NCBI GenBank assembly: GCA_016292035.1
Contig: JAEEZR010000012.1
Coordinates: forward strand, 5,937 to 69,936
DNA length: 64,000 bases
Direction of reading: 5' to 3'
From: Bacillales bacterium
GTDB lineage: Bacteria > Bacillota_I > Bacilli_A > RF39 > UBA660
Shown here: positions 40,676 through 48,776 of the stretch, in pieces
Numbering within the stretch: the stretch's first letter is position 1
Layout: each line of letters starts with the position of its first letter
Position numbers and translations under genes: made by a program
The notes under the pieces: generated by a model
What the model saw: the letters and a program-made list of their open reading frames with translations, nothing else
Databases searched by the model: none
What the model was told of the DNA's origin: nothing

Positions 40676-41574
40676 TATATCTTTAAATACCTCCTTACAG
40701 CATGATATGAAGCAAATGCTCCTACTACTGTTCCTATTATCATTAGTGCAATTGATATCATTAGAAGTACTTTATCTGGATTTACTAATGTTATTACTGA
40801 TGTAAATAATACTCCATCAAGTTTTTCATATAGGAATATATATCCCCAGCAGCTTATAAGAATTGGTAATAAGCTACCTAAGAATCCTAGTATTATTCCT
40901 TCAAAGAAGTAAGGTCTTTTTATATAAGAGTTAGATGCTCCTACTAACCTTTCTATTTCTATTTGTCTTTGTCTATTGTTGATTGTTATTTTAATTGTAT
41001 TTGATATTAAGAATAAAGTTACTACTCCAAGTGCTATAACGATTGTATACATTACTTTTTTTACTATGTTAAATATTTTTACTAGTTGTTCAACCATTCC
41101 TTCTCCATATTTAACTGAGTATACATGTTCTAATTCTTTTATCTTTTTTGCTGTTTTTCCTATTGTTTCTACATCTTTTACTTTTACTTCATATTCATTT
41201 AGTAGTGGATTGGTTTCATTATTATATTGACCTAATATGTTGGCTAGTTCATCACTTTCCTTAGACATACTTTTCTTTATTTCTTCATTTGATATAAATT
41301 TAATAGTATCAATATTTTCGAATTCTTCTATTTGCGCTTTTAAGTTTTGTATTTCTTCTTCTGTTGTTTCTCTTTCAATAGATACTACTATTGTTACATC
41401 TTTTTCAATATCGCTTGTAAACTTTTCTACATTAACAGTAAGTAACATTGCAACTGCTACCAAGGCTAGTGTAATTGATATACAAGATATACTTGCTATA
41501 CTAAGCGAAAAGTTTCTAAATACACTTTTAAATGCATCTTTTATGTTGTTTTTTAATATCCTAAATGGTTTCAT
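40675..41574 (-). CDS. ftsX: Cell division permease FtsX
   Basis: Four TM helices with a large first extracellular loop. 299 aa. Start overlaps the ftsE stop. Confidence 0.85.
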   Translation of the reverse strand: MKPFRILKNNIKDAFKSVFRNFSLSIASISCISITLALVAVAMLLTVNVEKFTSDIEKDVTIVVSIERETTEEEIQNLKAQIEEFENIDTIKFISNEEIKKSMSKESDELANILGQYNNETNPLLNEYEVKVKDVETIGKTAKKIKELEHVYSVKYGEGMVEQLVKIFNIVKKVMYTIVIALGVVTLFLISNTIKITINNRQRQIEIERLVGASNSYIKRPYFFEGIILGFLGSLLPILISCWGYIFLYEKLDGVLFTSVITLVNPDKVLLMISIALMIIGTVVGAFASYHAVRRYLKI

Positions 41575-42260
41575 TATTTAGTGTAACCTCCTTTTGGTGT
41601 ATCTTTTACAAGTATACCTTTTTCTAGAGTTACTACTCTTTTTTGATATTTATTAACAATATCTTTATCATGTGTTGCCATTATTACTGTTGTTCCGTCT
41701 TTGTTAATTTTATCTATTATTTCCATTATTTCTAGTGATGTTTTAGGATCTAGGTTACCAGTTGGTTCATCACAAATTAATATTCTTGGATTATTAACTA
41801 TTGCCCTTGCGATTGATACACGTTGTTGTTCTCCACCAGATAGTTTGTCAGGCATGCTTCTAAATTTATCTTTTAGTCCTACTACTTCTAGAGCCTGCAT
41901 TGTTCTTTCTCTTATTTCACTTCTTTTAAGTCCAAATATTTCTAGAGCAAATGCTACATTTTCAAATACAGTCATGTTTGGAAGAAGTTTGTAGTCTTGA
42001 TAGACTACACCTATTTTTCTTCTTATTTTGTATACTTTAGAGTTTCTTAATTTAGCAACGTTAATGCCACCTACATATACTTCACCTTTAGTTGGTTTTT
42101 CTTGTCTATATAGTAATTTTATTAGTGTACTTTTTCCAGATGCAGTTTGACCAATTATAAATACAAAATCTCCTTTTGCTATTGAAAGGTTAATATCGCT
42201 TAAAGCAGTTATACCATTTTTATATTGCTTATAAACGTTGTTTACTTCTATTAAGTTCAT
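41574..42260 (-). CDS. ftsE: Cell division ATP-binding protein FtsE (ABC ATPase)
   Basis: Walker A GQTASGKST, ABC signature LSGGEQQR, and Walker B ILICDE. 228 aa. Confidence 0.9.
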   Translation of the reverse strand: MNLIEVNNVYKQYKNGITALSDINLSIAKGDFVFIIGQTASGKSTLIKLLYRQEKPTKGEVYVGGINVAKLRNSKVYKIRRKIGVVYQDYKLLPNMTVFENVAFALEIFGLKRSEIRERTMQALEVVGLKDKFRSMPDKLSGGEQQRVSIARAIVNNPRILICDEPTGNLDPKTSLEIMEIIDKINKDGTTVIMATHDKDIVNKYQKRVVTLEKGILVKDTPKGGYTK

Positions 42261-42270
42261 TACTTCCTCC

Positions 42271-43137
42271 TTAGTTTCTTAAATCATGGAATGGTAGTTT
42301 ATATTTGTTAGTACCACCATATACTTCATATGCATCTACTATAGTTATAAATGCATTTTTGTCTATTTTTATTATTTCCTTTTTTAGAAGTAGGTATCTT
42401 TCACTAGGTACTACACACATTAATACTTTATCATTTTTATTAGTATATCCTGCGGTTACTTTTATTTCACTTATACCACTTTCATATTTATTTATTACTA
42501 ATTCTTTTACTTTATCAATTTCTTTAGTATTTATGAATAATACTTTAGAGTCACTTATTCCTATCATAAAGTTATCTATTAAAAGTCCTTCTATAAATCT
42601 TATTATAAGTGCGATTACTAGTGCTTCTAGTCCAAATACTGATGCACCAAATGCTAGTATTATAGAGTTTATACAAAATGAGCCTTTTCCAAAAGCTACT
42701 CCAAACTTTTTATGAAGTATTAGTCCAAGTATATCAACTCCACCAGTAGTGTAGTCTGCTAAATATACTAGAGTGCATCCTACTCCAAACATGCATCCTA
42801 CTGCTACTACGTCTAGGAAAATAGAAGAGAATTCTATCTGTATATATGGATATAAATATTCAAATAAATACATAAATAGTGTATATACTACTGATCCTAT
42901 TATTGATTTATAAATATTCTTGAATCCAAGTGTAGCTATTCCAAGTAGAATAACAAGTATATTACCTATTACTAATACTGTAGATACTTTTACATCAAAT
43001 AAATAATTAAGTATTAAGCCTATAGCACTTACTCCACCAGTAATGTAATTATGTGACATACATATAGCATTAAAAGTAAAAGCTATTAGGGCACAACCCG
43101 CTATCATGAATAATACATTCTTTAATTCTTTTTTCAT
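42271..43137 (-). CDS. YitT family membrane protein (DUF161 TM domain plus C-terminal DUF2179)
   Basis: About 5 TM helices followed by a soluble C-terminal domain. 288 aa, typical of the YitT/YqfU family. Confidence 0.65.
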   Translation of the reverse strand: MKKELKNVLFMIAGCALIAFTFNAICMSHNYITGGVSAIGLILNYLFDVKVSTVLVIGNILVILLGIATLGFKNIYKSIIGSVVYTLFMYLFEYLYPYIQIEFSSIFLDVVAVGCMFGVGCTLVYLADYTTGGVDILGLILHKKFGVAFGKGSFCINSIILAFGASVFGLEALVIALIIRFIEGLLIDNFMIGISDSKVLFINTKEIDKVKELVINKYESGISEIKVTAGYTNKNDKVLMCVVPSERYLLLKKEIIKIDKNAFITIVDAYEVYGGTNKYKLPFHDLRN

Positions 43138-43222
43138 ATTTCCTACTTTCTCTTATAATTTTACTATCTTTCTTTAGAAAAGTCTATTTTTTAATAAAAT
43201 AAAAAAGGCTTTTTAAGCCTTT

Positions 43223-43804
43223 TTATTCGATAACGTTTCTACAAGATTTACATTTTCCTGTTTTTTCAGTCAATTGATTTATAGCTCCACAGTTAGGGCA
43301 TTTAACAACACGAAAGTTTTCTGCTTTTATTTGTTGTTCTTTTAATCTCATATCATTTTCCTGAACTCTTTGTTCTTCATTTTCTAAATGAGTTGTTATT
43401 GTTTCTTTAGCATCTCGTTTTATTGATTCAATTTTACTTGTTACCTTTTCAAATAATCTACGAACAATATATCCAACTATTATTAGTATTATTCCTACTG
43501 TTATCAGTCTTTTCCCATATGGAATTAGTCCTTTATATATATCGGAATCTAATACATTTTTTAATAATGGAATATCATTTATTTTTAGTTGTTTAGTAAC
43601 AAAGTCTATCATTATTGGTACAAATAATATAAGTCCAGTAGCTATTATCCACATCATTGATTTAGAATAACTGTCTAATCTTCTATATCCTTTTTGAAGA
43701 AAGAATTTAGCTATTAATAGACATACTCCTAAAAATGGTAGGAAGTATAATACTACTAATATTACAGGTATACTAAATAAAAATTTTAATATTTTTTCTG
43801 TCAT
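43223..43804 (-). CDS. Membrane protein (2-3 N-terminal TM helices, coiled coil) with a C-terminal C-x2-C-x12-C-x2-C zinc ribbon; third gene of the YdjGHI-like module
   Basis: TM helices IPVILVVLYFLPFLGVCLLIA and WIIATGLILFVPIMI. C-terminal VKCPNCGAINQLTEKTGKCKSCRNVIE. Start overlaps the upstream gene's stop. Confidence 0.5.
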   Translation of the reverse strand: MTEKILKFLFSIPVILVVLYFLPFLGVCLLIAKFFLQKGYRRLDSYSKSMMWIIATGLILFVPIMIDFVTKQLKINDIPLLKNVLDSDIYKGLIPYGKRLITVGIILIIVGYIVRRLFEKVTSKIESIKRDAKETITTHLENEEQRVQENDMRLKEQQIKAENFRVVKCPNCGAINQLTEKTGKCKSCRNVIE

Positions 43805-45669
43805 TATTTATCATCCTTTTTAAATTCATTTACTATTTTACCAGTTACAGTACTGTTAAATGAGGAACTTATATTATCTTTTATTCCTTCTTTAGATAAG
43901 TTACTAAATATCTGGCTAGTACTTGATTGTCCAGCTACACTTCTATTGTTAGCTCCTGAAATAGTACTACTTGATAGGCCTGTTCTATGGTTTATGTACT
44001 GATCTACTTTTTGTATGTTGGACATGCTATTTTTTGTTTCTTTTTCATATGTATGTCTAGCACCTTTATTTCTATATTTTGAATATATAACGAGGAAGTA
44101 TATTACACCTGCTGCTAGAAAAACATAATCATATTCATAATCAACAAACATCATTGCAATTAATGCAATTAACTCTATTAGAGCAGATATACCAAAAAGT
44201 TTAGGCATATGAATAGGAACACTACCCATTGTTTCTTTTGTTCTAGCATTTACTGCTACATAGTGAAGTAATTGTTTATCACCTTTCTTTTCCATATAGC
44301 TATAAAGCCATACTGGAAGATAAGCTGATGCCCATTGTTGTCCTTTGACAGTTAATTCTTCTCTTTCCCATCTAACTCCTCTATCGTACTCTTCAATAGT
44401 ATCATTAGTTGAGTATCTTGCTATGTCTTTTGATTGAATCTCTACTACTGGTTTTAAGTCTTCAATATTAACATCTCTTTTTTCTGATGTATATCCTCTT
44501 AAGTAGTTAGAGTTATATTTAACACAGTTTTCTGTATCAAATGGCATTATTGCATTTATTATATTAGTTGTCTTTTCTTTGTTAGTGCTATCTAATTTAT
44601 CTTTAGAAGATTCCACTGATAAACCTTTTATAGCAATGTCAAAGTCTCTTTCAACATGATATACATCGGCATCATATCTAGTTTCACTATGATCTCCATT
44701 TTTAACTGTATATCTTCTTGTTTCTATTTCTCCTTCGCCTTTTAAATTAGCGTGTGCATTTATATCTACTAGCATATAAGGGAAATATACACCCATTATA
44801 TTTTGAGTAGTAAATTCTTCTTTAAACCTAGGGTTAGCAAAGAATTTTCTTTTGCCAACAAACTCTTCAATGCTTTTTTGAGCGTCTTCTTTAGCAACAC
44901 TAAATGGAAGAAGAGTATCAGGTACAGCTCCGTTTGGAATTGTATTATTTATAGATAATATGTTTCTGCACCAGTGACATTTGGCTTGGTTAGCACTTGC
45001 AGTATCTATTACTACTTGTGCTCCACAGCTTGTACATTTAAGTGTAATAACATCATTTGCATCAGCACTTATGTTTTGAGCACCTGATCCTATTATTTCA
45101 CCTTCCAATTTATTAACATCTTGTTCAAATACATCTAGTTTTTCTTGTTCAAATTCGCTTCTACAGTATCTACATTTTAATTTACCTGTTTTGACATTAA
45201 GTGATATGTCAGTAGCACCACAGAAAGGACATTTTACCTGTCCATCTTTAGCGCCTTCATCAGTTTTTACTACTTTTGTCTCTTCATTTGTTTTATTTTC
45301 TGCTTCTTCTGTAGAATTGACTTCTGATACAAGTGGTTTTGAGATTTTATCATAATCAATGTCTAAATTCATAGAATCTATTTTATAACTACTTATTTTT
45401 CCATTAATTATGTTCTTTAATTCCTCTTCATTAAAACTATCTTTAATATTTTCTAATGTTATCCCATCAGGATTTTTTGCCAAGAAGTCTGAAACATATT
45501 CATTTATAGAACTCCATATATCTGAAGAAATTATGTCATCAGATGGAATTTCTTTTCCTTCCTGTGGATTAATCTTTATATTTCCCTTAATAATAAATCC
45601 CATTAGGGCTTGATAGAAACTATCATTATAAGTTAAAGAAGAAGGAGATTCAAAATACATATCTTTCAT
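43804..45669 (-). CDS. Double zinc-ribbon protein with a C-terminal TM hairpin and a Ser-rich tail (YdjG-like)
   Basis: Two C-x2-C-x14-C-x2-C ribbons (VKCPFCGATDISLNVKTGKLKCRYC and LKCTSCGAQVVIDTASANQAKCHWC). TM hairpin LFGISALIELIALIAMMFV...FLAAGVIYFLVIY near residues 500-540. 621 aa. Confidence 0.5.
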   Translation of the reverse strand: MKDMYFESPSSLTYNDSFYQALMGFIIKGNIKINPQEGKEIPSDDIISSDIWSSINEYVSDFLAKNPDGITLENIKDSFNEEELKNIINGKISSYKIDSMNLDIDYDKISKPLVSEVNSTEEAENKTNEETKVVKTDEGAKDGQVKCPFCGATDISLNVKTGKLKCRYCRSEFEQEKLDVFEQDVNKLEGEIIGSGAQNISADANDVITLKCTSCGAQVVIDTASANQAKCHWCRNILSINNTIPNGAVPDTLLPFSVAKEDAQKSIEEFVGKRKFFANPRFKEEFTTQNIMGVYFPYMLVDINAHANLKGEGEIETRRYTVKNGDHSETRYDADVYHVERDFDIAIKGLSVESSKDKLDSTNKEKTTNIINAIMPFDTENCVKYNSNYLRGYTSEKRDVNIEDLKPVVEIQSKDIARYSTNDTIEEYDRGVRWEREELTVKGQQWASAYLPVWLYSYMEKKGDKQLLHYVAVNARTKETMGSVPIHMPKLFGISALIELIALIAMMFVDYEYDYVFLAAGVIYFLVIYSKYRNKGARHTYEKETKNSMSNIQKVDQYINHRTGLSSSTISGANNRSVAGQSSTSQIFSNLSKEGIKDNISSSFNSTVTGKIVNEFKKDDK

Positions 45670-45696
45670 ATTTTAATTTCCTTCTTTCTTTTGTTA

Positions 45697-46974
45697 TTAA
45701 TTATTTTCTAAGTATTGTTTTTTAGCTGCATCAAATTCTTCTTGTGATAGAACTCCTGCATCTAATAATTTTTTCATTTCAATTAATTTATCTGTAGCAC
45801 TTGCTGATGCTGCTACTGCACCTGCTTGCATTTGTTGACTTTGAGCTGCAGTTTGTTGAGCATTATTTGCATAAGCTCCTCCAGCCATTCCAGCCATGTT
45901 CATTCCCATGAAGCCCATCATAGCGCCATTTTCATTACCAGCTGCTGCTTTAAGAGCTTCTCCTTGGTATACTTGAGCCAATGATGGATTTTCTCTAAAT
46001 GCTGCACCCATTTCAGTAACTCTACCAATTTCAATTTTGTTAGATTGAACTTTCTTGTATTGTTCTTTAGTCTCTTCAGTGTAGTCAATACTACCTGCTG
46101 AAGCTTCAACTAAGATAATACCATATGTTGATAACCATCTACCATCGTTTTCGATAGCTGATGACATTGAAGCAGCAAACTTTTCTGGATGAGCTTTTAC
46201 ATATATTTTAGTGTCTGTTCCATGAATATTTGGATTGATTTCTCTTTGTTTAGCTAATTCAACTTCAGCTTCTGATGATAATAAAGCAATACCAGTTTCA
46301 AGATTCTTATTGAATGTATTCATTAATTCTCTTACTTTTGGTTCTTCATCATCATTCATATCAAATGGTTTAGCATTTGGACTTAAGTATTCATATGAAA
46401 CGAAATTTCTTATGAATAGTAATGGGTTAACGATTTGAACACCGAATGTACCATTAACTGTTGCGTCAGCTTGGATTCCCATATATGTATCCCACCAAGA
46501 TGTTGGTGATTGTGTTCCGAATGTAATACCAGTTATAGGTTTTAAATTAACATAGAATGCTAATTGTGTAGTTGCAGGAATTCCTCCAAATTTAAATTGT
46601 TCTTTTACTGCATCCCATCCACCAGCTATACCTTTTCCTAGTCCTTCACCTAAGAAGCTTGCTGAATTTGGATCATCTGTTCTAAATTCATAGTTTCCTG
46701 GTTCTGCAACACATCCAGTGATTTTTCCATCTTGGATAGTTACTAATGCATAGTTTTCTGGAACCATAATTTTACTTCCATTAGAAATTACATTATCGTT
46801 ACCATTAACGTTATGGTCTCCTCTTTCACCATTTCTTGTAACTTTTGTAGCTGGAGCTAATGCAATGTATGTTCCCATGTCTTCTCTAGGAACAAAGTAC
46901 TCCAACCATTCATTACCAAGTACTCCACCAGCAGCATCGCCGATTGTACCTACTAAATTCTTAATAAATCCCAT
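45697..46974 (-). CDS. SPFH/Band-7-family protein (Band_7_1-like, annotated in databases as virion-core-protein-like) with a C-terminal SHOCT domain (YdjI-like)
   Basis: 425 aa. The Gly/Ala/Met/Gln-rich segment and terminal DKLIEMKKLLDAGVLSQEEFDAAKKQYL match the SHOCT consensus. The N-terminal body resembles the Band_7_1 class found with PspA in B. subtilis (ydjI). Confidence 0.6.
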   Translation of the reverse strand: MGFIKNLVGTIGDAAGGVLGNEWLEYFVPREDMGTYIALAPATKVTRNGERGDHNVNGNDNVISNGSKIMVPENYALVTIQDGKITGCVAEPGNYEFRTDDPNSASFLGEGLGKGIAGGWDAVKEQFKFGGIPATTQLAFYVNLKPITGITFGTQSPTSWWDTYMGIQADATVNGTFGVQIVNPLLFIRNFVSYEYLSPNAKPFDMNDDEEPKVRELMNTFNKNLETGIALLSSEAEVELAKQREINPNIHGTDTKIYVKAHPEKFAASMSSAIENDGRWLSTYGIILVEASAGSIDYTEETKEQYKKVQSNKIEIGRVTEMGAAFRENPSLAQVYQGEALKAAAGNENGAMMGFMGMNMAGMAGGAYANNAQQTAAQSQQMQAGAVAASASATDKLIEMKKLLDAGVLSQEEFDAAKKQYLENN

Positions 46975-47067
46975 ATCTTTACCTCCTCGTATACTGAATT
47001 TATTATAGTACTTTTTTACTATTAACTTAATTTTATCATATTTTTTCTATTAACAATAGTTTTTTGT

Positions 47068-47104
47068 TAAAAATAGACATATCATTCGTCAATGATATGT
47101 CTAT
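47068..47104 (-). terminator. Strong rho-independent terminator: perfect 14-bp stem (atagacatatcatt/aatgatatgtctat), 4-nt loop, then TTTTT on the minus strand, directly after the stop of the 47109..48767 gene
   Basis: Inverted repeat at 47073..47086 and 47091..47104, loop cgtc. The A5 run at 47068..47072 gives the U-tract for the minus-strand transcript. It separates the zinc-ribbon island from the SPFH module. Confidence 0.7.
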
Positions 47105-47108
47105 TCTA

Positions 47109-48767
47109 TTATTTATTCTTTTGCCCAGTATAAATTAATTCACATTCGTCATTATAATATAAGTATGTATCTTTAGTTTCTATTCTTACATATCTTTCGT
47201 AATAATTAGCACCCCAGAATACCATATCTTTTGGAAACTTTTCTTGCTTACCTGTTACTAGATTGTAGAAATACTCTTCGTCTGTATCATTATCTGCATA
47301 CGCAATAAAATCACTTTCTGTCTTTTGAGATAAGTAATCAGTGTTAATCTCACGTTCAGATTTACCTGTTTTTGTATTAATAAGATAGCTCTTTTCATCT
47401 TTTCTACCTATTACATATGGTTTTCCTTTTGATTCAAGGTATTTATATACATATAAATCTATATATTCAATTTCATTCCATTCATACGGTACTACCACTG
47501 CTTCACCTTTGACAATTCCAATTTTTCCGTTATTATTTTGCCTTTTCATTTTTGTATATTCTTCCCACTTATCTATTTTTTCTTCTTTTTTTATGGTGCT
47601 ATAATTTACGAACTTTTTAGAATTGACATCAAGGTATTTATAATTATAATTCTTTGAATCATAGATTGATATATATCCTTTTGCATATATATCAATTCTT
47701 CCGTTTTCATCGGTAGTTTCATATGCTATTTGATCATTAGCTGCATATATTCTCTTAACGAAATCATAGTTTGAATCATGGATTTCAAATATATTATTAT
47801 CTTCATCTTCTATTCTTGAGTCTGTGAAGTCATATACTACTTTTCCTGTGTCACAACTGACTATAGCTCTTTTATCTTCTACGCGTACAATACAGTAGCG
47901 TTCTGTTAAATAACTACTTCTCACATCTGATTGTGTATAATCAAAGTAATCTCCATCTTGTAAGTCAGCTGTATATGTTATCTTTCCATCTTTAGTCATT
48001 ATACCAGCCTTTTTACCATCAGCTGATTCCCATTTTAAGTAATGTTGTTTTATTAATAATGATGATTTCTTTGAAACTTTTATCCCCTCTTGTGTTAGTG
48101 GTTTTAAAGACTTATCATACAGTCTTCCATCAATAATCCAGTTACCTGTTTCACTTTCTATTTCAATTTCATTTTCATACTTTCTGACTACATTTCCTTT
48201 TGTATCTATTATTTCTTTATTATCAAGTATTGCAGCGTAGTTGCCATTAAAATCGCTTGCGTATTCGTACTTTGGCTCTACTATTACTTTACCTTCTAGA
48301 TTTATATATCCAAATTTTCCATTGTTTAACACTCTTATAATCTTATCACTTGAAAAATTTGATAGTTCTTCTTTTTGAGAAAAAGGTTTTTTTATAACTA
48401 TATATGCAATAGCAGCTATTAATACTAGCACTATTACAATTGGCACTATAGGTTTCTTTTTTTGATTCTGATTATTGTTTACTCTTTGTTCATCTTGATT
48501 ACCATAAGCCGGTTGTGGATTAGCAGGTGCTGGGTTTTGTACTTGATTTGAATAAGTATTAGTTACCTCTGAGGCTGCCTGTTCACCATTAACTTGTGGT
48601 TCAGGTGTGGCAGCTATTGGTGCTGACACTCCCATATTATTTGCATTTTGATTGCTTAAAAAATTTGCTTGCGGAGTTTCAACTTGTCCTTCTTGTTTTT
48701 TTCCACAGAAAGGACAAAACTCTGCTTCGTCATTTATAAAATTATTACAATTATTACATTTTTTCAT
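47109..48767 (-). CDS. Zinc-ribbon single-pass membrane protein with a WG-repeat ectodomain
   Basis: MKKCNNCNNFINDEAEFCPFCG, a Pro/Gln/Asn-rich linker, and TM IVPIVIVLVLIAAIAYIVI. GKFGYINLEGKVIVEPKYEYASDFNGNYAAI fits the WG-containing repeat consensus (GkwGyId..Gk.vI.p.yd.a..F..G.A.v). 552 aa. Confidence 0.6.
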   Translation of the reverse strand: MKKCNNCNNFINDEAEFCPFCGKKQEGQVETPQANFLSNQNANNMGVSAPIAATPEPQVNGEQAASEVTNTYSNQVQNPAPANPQPAYGNQDEQRVNNNQNQKKKPIVPIVIVLVLIAAIAYIVIKKPFSQKEELSNFSSDKIIRVLNNGKFGYINLEGKVIVEPKYEYASDFNGNYAAILDNKEIIDTKGNVVRKYENEIEIESETGNWIIDGRLYDKSLKPLTQEGIKVSKKSSLLIKQHYLKWESADGKKAGIMTKDGKITYTADLQDGDYFDYTQSDVRSSYLTERYCIVRVEDKRAIVSCDTGKVVYDFTDSRIEDEDNNIFEIHDSNYDFVKRIYAANDQIAYETTDENGRIDIYAKGYISIYDSKNYNYKYLDVNSKKFVNYSTIKKEEKIDKWEEYTKMKRQNNNGKIGIVKGEAVVVPYEWNEIEYIDLYVYKYLESKGKPYVIGRKDEKSYLINTKTGKSEREINTDYLSQKTESDFIAYADNDTDEEYFYNLVTGKQEKFPKDMVFWGANYYERYVRIETKDTYLYYNDECELIYTGQKNK

Positions 48768-48776
48768 TTTTCCTCC

